From the NCBI GenBank assembly GCA_951406725.2, contig OX597815.1:14074001-14138000 (forward strand): 64,000 nucleotides of DNA, read 5' to 3'. This stretch comes from Octopus vulgaris (taxonomy: Eukaryota). The first letter of the stretch is position 1; each line of letters starts with the position of its first letter. The position numbers and the translations under genes are program-made. Shown one piece after another: positions 1-12,398 of this stretch. A model generated the notes under the pieces. That model saw only the letters and a program-made list of their open reading frames with translations, made no database searches and was not told where the DNA came from.

Positions 1-148
1 CAACAACAACAACAACAACAATAATAACAATAATAATAATAATAATAATAATGATGATAATAATAATAATAATAAATAATAATAATAATAATAAATAATA
101 AAAATAATAATAACTAATAATAATAATAATAAATAATAAATAATAATA

Positions 149-225
<77 letters not shown>

Positions 226-262
226 TAATAATAACTAATAATAATAATAATAAATAATAATA

Positions 263-332
<70 letters not shown>

Positions 333-334
<2 letters not shown>

Positions 335-795
335 GCCCTGATGCAGTACCAGGCAGTGGCTCTCATGGCTTCTGATCTTAACTGATTGGAAGTGTTATCA
401 TGCACATTGTTTTGTCTTGGTATAAAAGATGTGCATCTCTGATCACGAGCAGAAGTAGTGGGGGAGCATCATAGCCATGTGTTGAGAGGGATTCTTTGGG
501 GTTTTGAATAATTCACCTCTGGAAACATGGGTGGTTCTTTCAACATCCTTAAACAACCCTTATTCATGGACCGTTTGAGCGGGATGGGCTACTCAACCTG
601 AAGAAAATTCTAACTGGGCCCCACCTGCAAGGTCATGTGCTGTTTATCTTGATATGAGATCACCATGTCGCGCACATATGGTTGTGATGCATGTGCCTGG
701 TGTACCTTTATCAGACGGGTAGTCATGATGGGTATATTGGGCTTCGTATATTTTACCCCAGTGTCACTTTGATGGCATGAACTGCTCTCTCACTC
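333..795. repeat. Interspersed non-coding repeat between (AAT)n tracts; second copy at about 9440-9809
   Basis: The two copies align over about 370 bp and both end CTGCTCTCTmACTC(AAT)n. It may be the 3' UTR or a non-autonomous derivative of an R4/Dong element (inference). Confidence 0.6.
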
Positions 796-808
796 AATAA
801 TAATAATG

Positions 809-879
<71 letters not shown>

Positions 880-916
880 GATGATGAGGATGATGATGAG
901 GAGGAGGGGGAGGGGG

Positions 917-1935
<1,019 letters not shown>

Positions 1936-2018
1936 ACCGAAAATAATAGTAACAAAAGCTGCAGCCTGATGTTAGAAAATTTTTTTTTCCAACAGTTTAA
2001 TCTGCTGTGTGTATATGA

Positions 2019-2084
<66 letters not shown>

Positions 2085-2087
<3 letters not shown>

Positions 2088-2463
2088 CTTTCTAATTGAT
2101 GTATCAATACCGGCAGATGACAACGTGTCTCTAAAAGAAATGGAGAAACTTTCAAAATACAAAGACCTGGAAATAGAGGTAACCAGAATGTGGAATCTAA
2201 AAACAGAAACAATTCCTATCATAGTAGGTGCATTAGGCATGATAAAAAAATATTCAGACAAATACATGACAAAAACACCAGGACTTACAAACACATATAA
2301 CATACAGAAAATTGCACTACTAGGCACTGCACACATCCTACGCAGAACACTTTCCATAAAATAACCATCAGAGCATCACAACAAATCACAGCACATACCC
2401 AAGGCACACAGAGCTGCGCTCGGTAGTGAAGTGAAAGCACGCTATAAAAATAAAACTACTGAA
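2085..2463 (+). mobile_element. R4/Dong family A, 5'-truncated 3' end
   Basis: ORF 2125-2364 (EKLSKYKDLEIEVTRMWNLKTETIPIIVGALG..LLGTAHILRRTL) plus 3' UTR, flanked by (AAT)n. Confidence 0.9.
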
Positions 2464-2483
2464 TGATAATAATAATAATAATA

Positions 2484-2515
<32 letters not shown>

Positions 2516-2558
2516 AATGATGATAATAATAATAATAATGATGATGATGATGATGATG

Positions 2559-2622
<64 letters not shown>

Positions 2623-2629
2623 TGATAGC

Positions 2630-2667
<38 letters not shown>

Positions 2668-2671
2668 TAAC

Positions 2672-2703
<32 letters not shown>

Positions 2704-2723
2704 ATAATAATTATAACAACAAT

Positions 2724-2803
<80 letters not shown>

Positions 2804-2869
2804 ATTCAACTTTTGGCACAAGGCCAGCTATTCCAGTACTCAATTGGCTTGCCTTGCTTAATTTTTACT

Positions 2870-5370
2870 CCTTCACCGCTTTGTTTTCCTTTCGAACTGT
2901 GCAGTTCGGCTCTATGTTCCTAGTATTCGACAATATCATGATGACGTCGTCTGCATATGCCTATCCTGAGTAAGCCTGAGTTTGTTTGAGTGAATGATAG
3001 TGATGGAATTACCTTGTTTCTGAGGAGAGTCAGGTATTCTCTCCTGAATATTCGTTGGTGTCTCCACAACAATTTCTTTGTAGTCATTCATATTTATTAT
3101 GCCACGGATAACTTGCTTTCAGTGTGTTATAATGTTGTTTCTTTTTTTTATAATTTATATGTTAAATACAGTGTTATGCGGAGGTGTACAGATATACATT
3201 TTGAGTAATATTTGTGCACTTTTGAATATATTTAATTAAGATCTTGTCTATAGCCGTGTAATTGATAATGCCTTGTGAGTGCTCTTAATGTTGTTGGCCG
3301 GGATTGCTATGTTTTCGTGTTCTGTGGTGTTTGTAATGTTCATGGTTTCTGTAGTATTGATGTTTGTAGTTGTGTCGGGAGTGTGTAGGTGGTGTGATCG
3401 TTGGTTGATTTCTGTGTCTTCTCTATTCTCTTTCGTTCGCTGTTATGTGGAAGCACTCCGTCGGTTACGACGACGAGGGTTCCGGTTGATCCGATCAACG
3501 GAACAGCCTGCTCGTGAAATTAACGTGCAAGTGGCTGAGCACTCCACAGACACGTGCACCCTTAACGTAGTTCTCGGGGATATTCAGCGTGACACAGAGA
3601 GTGACAAGGCCGGCCCTTTGAAATACAGGTACAACAGAAACAGGAAGTAAGAGTGAGAGAAAGTTGTGGTGAAAGAGTACAGCAGGGATCACCACCATCC
3701 CTGCCGGAGCCTCGTGGAGGTTTAGGTGTTTTTGCTCAATAAACACTCACAACGACCGGTCTGGGAATCGAAACCGCGATCCTACGACCACTTTTCGCTG
3801 TTATAGCGCTTTACATTTAAAATTTTTTTTCCCCCTTTGACCAGGATTCATTTTCGTACTTATTGCAGATTGTTTTTCTCACTATATGAGTTTTGAGAGT
3901 CGGTGAATATATGACAGAGAGTAAGGTATGTCCGCACAGTCGTTTAATTGATTAGTATGGGTGCGGTTTCTCTCTGGCGATGACCCAGGTGATGTTATTA
4001 CTTTTTCTAAGGACTGGTTCCGATGCTCTGCTGCTGATGTTGTTGAATGGATTTTTCCTGCTGATGCAATTGTTGTTTAGGTGCTACTACTCTTGACAGT
4101 GGTATTGTTTGTGTTGCTGTTGTTGGTAGTCTGCCACTGTTGCTTTTGATGTTGTTGTGTTAGATATGTATGCAGCAGTAGTTATTTTTGTTTTCTTCGC
4201 ATGGGGCAGAAGACTTGTAAGTAATTTGTCTCACCATAAATGTGACATCTCGTCTTCCTTCCCTTGACTGCTACGAAGAGTTGTCTATCGTTAGGGAGAT
4301 CAATCAGATCAAGGATGGATTCGGTACTGTTCTAATCTGCGTGTATCCATAATTCCATTCATTTTTCTATTTTGTGTACTTTCAGAACTGTTTTTATTTT
4401 TCATTCTGCATGCCATATAATACGGTTGCCACCAGCAAAGAAATGTTCATTTCTGGTGTTACCTCTGCTACCTATATCCTTACTACACTCTGACCAAGGT
4501 ATACCAGAATTAGCCACGATTTCTGAATGTTGAGGGTTATTGTTGTACTTTATTGACCTTTTCATCAGTTGGGAACTTCACTTTGATTGTGAGAAGGCGT
4601 CTTCCACGGATAACAAGTTTTTATTTCCCAGACTGGTCTCGCACTAGTCTCCTGCGTTTGGTGAAGCACACTTGTAGATGATATTTTTTTTCTTTTTCTG
4701 GTATCTTGTATTTACTTTGGCGTGTTTAGAAACATTGCTCACCCATTCTTTATTAAGTGCACTTTGACGTCCCTTTATATTTTTTCAGCCCATCTGCTTT
4801 TTTATGTCGACGACCCGCTTCTACAGAATCGTTTTCGTATTTATTTAGAAATGCAAACGGCCGCTGTTTATGTTGTATTAACGCTTGTCTTGCAGGTGCT
4901 GGTGGTGCTGGTGCGTACGCTGGTTCTGGTGTTGGTGCTGGTGCTAGGTTTGATGTTACCACCGGCGGTGGTTGTGGGGAGGCAGTGTTCTTGCTAGAGT
5001 TGTTGTGGCTTTTTGTTGTCATTCCTCTCTCTTGTTGTCCCTGTGACGTTGTTGAAAATTTTAGCATTGAATACTTAGCCTCATACATTTCCAGTACTGT
5101 GTTGTTTCGCTGTGGCTTTTGTTGATATTTCTGTTCCTGCTATTGATGTTTCTGTTGCTCTTGTTGTTGTTAATGCTACTGCTGCTGCTGTAATCACTGA
5201 TTCTTACAATTTCGCTGTTCTGCCCTGCGGATAATCGCAACTTCTTTTCAGCGAACGGACAATCCTCCTCCATCTTTCTTTTCTTTCAAAAACAAACATT
5301 AAGAGAAGTGTTTGCTAAGGAAAATCCACTTTAGCACTCAAGGGCTACAGCTGGAGAAAACTTACCACCC
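2870..5370 (-). mobile_element. Degenerate Tx1/L1-like LINE (ORF1 zinc knuckle and RT remnant)
   Basis: Minus strand reads VAVKGRKTRCHIYGETNYLQVFCP (about 4200-4275) and AYADDVI (2940-2960). Its 5' region resembles the copy at 21150-24240. Confidence 0.65.
3447..3793 (-). mobile_element. tRNA-derived SINE, 5'-truncated, same family as 57998-58382
   Basis: Near-identical reverse complement of 58030-58380. B box is present. TSD TTCGCTGTTAT at 3436-3446 and 3794-3804. Confidence 0.9.
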
Positions 5371-5399
5371 CCTGAGTTCATGTTTTGTTTATCTATAAA

Positions 5400-6686
5400 A
5401 CAAGAACAAATGTTCAATATATGACTTTGTTGTCTAACAATAGAAATAATAACAAACGTACAAGAGTGATGTATATACCTGTCGATAGATGAACAAACGT
5501 AAACCATCAACAAACTCCTCTTCATGGATGACTTGAAGCTGTATGGCAAGGATGAGCCGCAAGTGGGTTCCTTGGTGAACACGGTCCACTGGTTTAATGG
5601 GGATATTAGAATCGAATTCACCTCAAGTATTGTGGAATACTGTACCTGAGGAGCGACAAATTACAGTTCCTAGCATGGATGGAATTATCTCATAGAGAAC
5701 TGATTAAACAAATTGAAATGAAAAGTTACAAATATTTTGGGATGCTGGAATCCAACGAAATCATGGAGAAGGAAATGAAAGAAAAATTGAAGATGGAATA
5801 TTTCCGAAGACTAAGACCGGTGTTGTGCTCAAAATTGACCGGATGGAATAAAATCTAAACAGTTAATACGTGGGCGATAGCATCATTTCGGTATGGAGAA
5901 AGAATGTAAAACGGCAAAAGAGGGAAATGAAGAAAATGGATAGTAAGGCCAGAAAAATGTTGACAGTACACGGAGCCTTCCACCCTAAGAGTGACACCGA
6001 TAGGCTGTACTTGTCCAGAAAAAGTGGTGTGTGAGATCTGATCAGTTGGCCGGCTTGTATCGAGACAGGAAAACACTTTAGAGTAGTATGAAAAAGATAC
6101 TGTGGAACCAATGTTGAAACATGTGAAGAAGTTCGACATCATTAAAACTGAGAATAGCATAAAGAAACGAAAACTAAGAACGCAAAATAGCATAGAAGGA
6201 GAAAAGAATGGACGCTCAGTTTGCGAGAGATACGAATGCCAAGACAGATACAGAAGTCCGGTGGCTATGAATGAGGAGGAGGGACCTGGAGACAAATACA
6301 CAATGTGTGGTGAGGATGTATGAAACGGTATGGCACATAGTTTTCGAATGCCCGAATTTGACCAACCACGAATACAAAAGACGACATGCCAATGCTACAA
6401 GAATACTCCAAAGAGTATGAAGAAAAAAAAACTGAACAACTACGATGATTTGAAGTGCGAAATACGAAGGTTGAGGACAATGAGGAAAGTGGACGTGGTA
6501 GCAATAGCAAATACCGCATTTAGAAGTATCAGCACTCGACTATCAACAAAAATCTCCATTGCTGTGAGCTGCAAGCATTCGTCGCAGGGTTTCTTGAAGC
6601 GTAAACAAGTGTCCCCTTAGTTGACTAGCTGCGGAGAGCTGAGACCTTCCATCATACCCAGCAACGGAAGCTGAGAGGTTTCATCA

Positions 6687-6690
<4 letters not shown>
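5400..6690 (+). mobile_element. Decayed R4/Dong-type LINE (RT to 3' end, internally deleted)
   Basis: LLFMDDLKLYGK, SYKYFGMLE, HGAFHPKSDTDRLYLSRK and YDDLKCEIRRL motifs; ends in (AAT)n. Confidence 0.8.
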
Positions 6691-6745
<55 letters not shown>

Positions 6746-6912
6746 CGGGGACGTTTAACATGTGAGAGCGATAAAACACCGCTGCGAAATCTATCCAAAA
6801 ACAGCGAGAACAAAGACAACAAATGCAGCTTAAAATAACTGACAAAGTGTTGGACTATATCCGAGTAAGTAATACTCACTAAAATTCATTTCTGTTTTCC
6901 AAACGAAGCGAT

Positions 6913-7377
6913 GTTTTTTAAGAGTGTGTTAGCTTGGTCATTCGTGCAACACGTGTAAACACGCTCGCCACACGCTGCTGGGCTATAACACAAGAAAGTA
7001 ATACTCATTAAAAGTGCTGGGACATACCAGGGTAAGTAATATTTAAATTTATTTAAACTTTCCGAATGACATGATGTATTTTAACTGTGTTACCTCCATC
7101 ACTCGCAAAACACCATCTCTGTCCCCAATCACCATGCACAAGAGAAAGTTTCAATAAATTAATCATACCCGTATTATCCAACCCAAGAATAACAAATGGG
7201 AAGTACGTACTTTAAACTTGATACACTAAAAGTACGAAAGACTACACGTGCAAAACCATTTAACCCCAGAAATGAACTTTTAATGGGTATTACTTTCTTG
7301 GGTATAGACCAGCAGCGTGTGGCGAGCGTGTTTACACGTGTTGCACGAATGACCAAGCTAACACACCGTTAAAAAAC
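6913..7377. repeat. Inverted repeat with arms of about 100 bp (probable MITE/foldback relic)
   Basis: 6913-7015 is the reverse complement of 7276-7377. The core GTGTTAGCTTGGTCATTCGTGCAACACGTG..GCTGCTGG matches perfectly. Confidence 0.8.
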
Positions 7378-7379
7378 CC

Positions 7380-9372
7380 TATGAAAATTATGAGCATCAA
7401 CATAAAGGGCAGGACGTGATTCTTGATGTCCCGCAAGTAAAATAAAAAATCATAAATGTACATGTGAGGAATACATTTTAATCCTACACGATTATTTTAC
7501 AGCAATGTTCTACCCACAGAACGAAAACATAACAACATATACATATAAAATCTGGAAGAAAAATAACTCAGATAAAGATTTGGATAAAGCAATGAAGCCC
7601 AATATACTAGCAAACATACGGAGATATATTCTCAAAACAAACAAACATCAGAAATAGAACACTTAAAAGGGAAAATGCATTAGGAAAACGCAGATAGAAA
7701 CCATACAGAAATGCCAAGTGATGTCATAGGCATTGGGAGTGTAAAACAGGATGACAGAAGTAAGATTTCCAATAAAAAAGAAATAAAAAAGCGAAAGACA
7801 ACAAACGCAGAACGTAGGAATATGTATAGTGATGAGCAAAATGTGCCGAACCAGAAAACCACAGACAATAATATAAACTGGGGGGGGGGTATACGAAAGG
7901 GATCTAAACCCTGGAAACAGTGAAGGTGAGAATATTGATTATGATGCTATAAAATGAGTATAATCAAGGAATTGAAAGCCACATATCTCTGTATGGACCA
8001 CCGATTGTACATCATCAAAATTAAAATTGATAATAAAACGACGTCGATAAGAAACAAATGACAATATGATCAGGCTAAATTATATAATATATATACAGCA
8101 GCGTCTGTGGCCACAAAAGAAGCTGGATATCTCCTCAAACCCATCCAAACAGGAGAATCACCATCCGAACAAACCATGTGGATAAGTAATATCCAGGAAA
8201 AAATAAAAAATAAGAGAAAGGATCTGTCAATTCTTAATGAAAGCAGTAGACAGTCAACACTACTAAAACACTACAAGGAGAGAAAAAACACTACGTAAAT
8301 GTAACATTACAGAACGAGGTATACCTGAGATAAAAGAGCCGCTACAGCGAGATATCCTCGCTAAAGCACGAAGAATCTGCCGGTATAAGAAATAATAACG
8401 TTTCTTTGAACAAAACAAACAGTTCAACTCCAACCCAAAGAGATTCTACCAAGAACTTGGCAAAAAAAAAAATAGACATCAATGCAGCACCAACAGCAGA
8501 AGAAGTGGAACAAGTTTGGGAAAAAAATATGGTCGGCGAAGAAAAAAAACCTCAAAAAAGGTCTATCAAAAACAAGGAATACAGCACCTGAGCAACTCTG
8601 GATCACTATAACAACTGAAGAGGTCACCCAAGCATTGTAAAGACTAAGCAACTGGAAGGCACCTGGGTACGACAAGATCCCCAACTTCAGGTTAAAATGC
8701 CTAGCAGGAACACATGAACACCTGGCTGAAAAATTTAATGGCATACTAGAAGAGACCGACCCAATGCTTGAATGGCTCATGAAAGGGAAAATTATCCTGA
8801 TTCCCAAATCATCTGAAACAGCAAACCCATAAAATTACAGACCAACAACTTGACACCCTACAATTTACAAAGCCTTTATTGCAATACTATCGCAGAGAAC
8901 GGGTAAGCATCTGGAAGAAAATAACCTGTTTCCAGAAGAGCAGAAGGGATGATGCAAGGGCTCATACGACTGTAAAGATCAGCCACTGATCAATAAAGTC
9001 ACAACTGAAGACAGCCGCAGAAAGAAGGAGGGTCTAAGTAAAGCGTGGATCAATAACGGAAAGGCATTTAATAGTATTCCTCACATATGGATCCTAGAAA
9101 TATTACCCATGAACAAGATAGCACTAATAATCATAAAATATATAAAACATTCCTTGAATAAATGGTAGACTGTGCTACAGCGCCAGGCAAATGAAAGACT
9201 CATAAAAACCAAAGCCATCCCCATTAGGAGGGGAATATTTCAGAGAGACACACTGGCCCATCTCCTCTATGCGACACTGACACTTTTATCTGACATGTTA
9301 GTCCGAACTGGATATGAATACAACAGTTACGGCAAAACAATCAGCCACCTCTCATATATGGATGACCTAAAA
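7380..9372 (+). mobile_element. R4/Dong-type LINE, N-terminal and RT portion, decayed
   Basis: NWKAPGYDKIPNF, NYRPTT, PEEQKG, KDQPLINK, KAFNSIPH, RRGIFQRD and HLSYMDDLK motifs with stops and frameshifts. Confidence 0.88.
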
Positions 9373-9809
9373 TTCATATATTCTGCTCAATACCATAGAT
9401 TTGCTTGTCAGTTGTTTGACCTTAGTAGCTGACGATATTTGCATCTTTGATCATGAGCAGAAGTAGTGGTGGGGTGCATCATAGCCGTGTATTGAAAGGA
9501 ATTCTTAGAGGTTTGGATAATTCACCTTTGGAAACATGGGTGGTTCGTTCAATATCCTTAAACAATCTTTATTCAGGGACCTTTTGAGCGGGATGGGTTA
9601 CTCGACCAGAAGAAAATTCTAACTGGGCCCCACCTGCAAGGTCATGTGCTGTACTGTTTATCTTGATATGAGATCACCATGTTGCGCACATATGGTTGTG
9701 ATGCATGTGCCTAGTGTACCCTTATCAGACAGGTAGTCATGATGGGTATGCTGGGCTTCGTATATTTTACTCCAGTGTCACTTTGATGGCATGCACTGCT
9801 CTCTAACTC

Positions 9810-9884
<75 letters not shown>

Positions 9885-10312
9885 CTTTTCTACTAAAGGC
9901 ACAAGGCCTGAAATTTGGAGAAATGTGAGTCGATTCCATCGACCCCAGTGCCGAACTGGGTCTTATTTTATCGAACCCAGAATGATGAAAGGCAAAGTCG
10001 ACCTCTGCGGAATTTGAACTCAGAACATAAAGACGGACCAAATGCCGCTAAGCATTTTGCCCGGCATGCTAACGACTCTGCCAGCTCGCTGTCTTAATAA
10101 TAATATTTTCTGTTAAAGGTACAAGGCCTGAAATTTGTTGGGTGGGTACCCAGTCGATTACATCAAGCCCAGGTTTTCAGTGGTACTTAATTTATCGACT
10201 CCGAAATGATGAATGGTAAAGTTGACTTCGGCTGAATTTGAATTCAGAACGTAAAGAAGAACGCAACACCGCCAAGCATTTCACCTGCTAAGGATTCTAC
10301 TAGCTTGCTACC
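9885..10312 (-). mobile_element. Two adjacent copies of an abundant tRNA-derived SINE
   Basis: Shared core ATCGACCCCAGTG..GATGAAAGGCAAAGTCGACCTC..GGAATTTGAACTCAGAAC (B box on the minus strand). Further copies near 16712-16900, 24330-24530, 27527-27920, 37280-37510, 40752-40885, 43520-43735 and 61730-61880. Confidence 0.8.
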
Positions 10313-11356
10313 TTGATAATAATAATCTTATACTATAATAAGAGCCGCGTCCGTCCGTCCGTCTGTTCGAAGCCATCAGCAATTAGATAGGGGAAAAGAG
10401 GTGAATAAAATAGAGAGAGAAAGAAGAAAAGCAGAAAGAACGAAAGAATGATAGAAAGAAAGAGATATTGAAGAAAAGCGTCAGCCCGTCACAACATATC
10501 AATAACGAAGGAAGTGGTGATAAAGAGAGAGAAAAAATAGTAGAGTTAGAGAGAGACAGAGAAAGAGAGAGAGAGAAGGAAAGAGAGGTAGAGAAGTAGA
10601 GTTGACAAAGGGAGGGAGAGAAAGAAAGAGAGACAGAGAGAGAGATAGAGAGAGCAAAGGAATATATGAGATTGCGTGCGTGTGTACTATGGAAGTGTGG
10701 AAGTGTAAGAGAATACTGAACGCTGATGCGTGTGTGTGTGTGTGCATGTAAAAGGAAGTATAGGAATGTTTGTATGAAACAGCGTTTGCCTTCAAAATGA
10801 AACCGAATTTTTTTCCTTCTTTCACTATTTTGAAATTTTATTTCATATAAATTGTAACTGAAGCATAATCCATCTTTTTGATTGAAATACTTGCTTTGAT
10901 AATGATAAAAAGGAGAAAATATCATACACAGAAAAAAGAAAGAAAACGATAATATTTATTTTCTTCCTTCAAGTTTGTTTAAAGTTCTTGCCGAATGATA
11001 AGGCACATATAAAGAATAAATATCAGTTATATCACATGGGATTTGAAACCGCATCTCAGAATTAGTGGTTGCACTTTCGCCCACCAAATCAGTTTGCAGT
11101 GGGAGAAAAAAACTTCTTTATCCTGTCAATTACAATAATGATCGATGAGTTTTTAACGAACAGCTAGGTGAAATTGAGTTCAGGTGAACCGTATCTTGTC
11201 CATTTTTCTTTCGGCTGCAAACTGTTATAAACATGTAGCCGCTGACCAGCCAAAGGGGCCAGTTCCCTGCTAGCGATCGTGACAGCCTGTTGCAGGGTGG
11301 TTTTCGGGGCTGAACGAGAAACGATGTCACTGGGTCAAACGAAAACTACCGTAAGC

Positions 11357-11784
11357 GGATCTTTTCGGTTTGAACGGCAGTTTTTTCTCACGGTGTCATA
11401 TGAAATTCTCACCCATAATTATGACCCTAGTATCGATCTATTGTATTTCAATCTGTTTTAGTGTTAGGGATAGTTACGGTTAGGGGAAAGGGTATCTTTT
11501 TTCCTTCACAAATGTAAATAAACCCAATCTGTTTCTTAAACGAGGGACATATTCATACGGCACAAAATGGGTTTTTTTTTTACCACAATAGACGTCAGTG
11601 ATGGTTGAAATTGCAGAAATTGAAGAAAAAAAAACAACAAATATCTTACAAACTATAGAATTTTCTCAAAAAATCCAAGAGAAAAATATGTTTTATAAAC
11701 ACATTCTACCGGTATACGAAGTTTAAAACTGTTTAGTTACGTGGAAAATATTTTAAACCATTGCTGGTCAAACCGAAAAGATCC
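11357..11784. mobile_element. MITE / non-autonomous TIR DNA transposon nested in the Helitron
   Basis: TIRs GGATCTTTTCGGTTTGA ... TCAAACCGAAAAGATCC, flanked by GC on both sides (possible 2-bp TSD). Confidence 0.75.
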
Positions 11785-12398
11785 GCAGATTGTCAACAAA
11801 TGCATAGAATTAAAATTTTATGTTGATTTTCATCGATCCGACGTGTTAGACCAACACATCATCGTCAGATTTTCTGGCCTCTTCGTTACAAATACTTAAT
11901 TCTTAATATTTACCGTTACATGTGAGTACTATTTCAATACCTCTTGTTAACGTATTCGTTATACTTTTTAATGATCTTCTTTCATTCATTCCTATTTATG
12001 AGTTTCAGATAAAAACATGTGTATTGCGCGCGGTGTGTGTATAAGTATGTTTGTGAATATTTGTCAGAAAGTTTGGTTATGTTTACACCTCACACTGTAT
12101 AAATAAAATGCAAATACTGTCATTGTTATACAATTGCTTGTCTCACTATTATGCATTTATCTTCACACTGTTCTATTTAATTAAAAATTATTTAATTAAG
12201 ATTTGTCAGTGGAAAAGTAATAGTGATTCCTCAGCAATTTTAAGCTTTAGAGGTTGATTTTAACAATGCCCAATGGTTATCATAATGAGCAATATTAACA
12301 ACAAAGAAGGAAGAAGTTGACAATTTGAATAACCACATAATCCAGAAATTTCCAAGTGAGACATACCGTGAGGAGTATTGATCCCGTTGCAGAAGATC

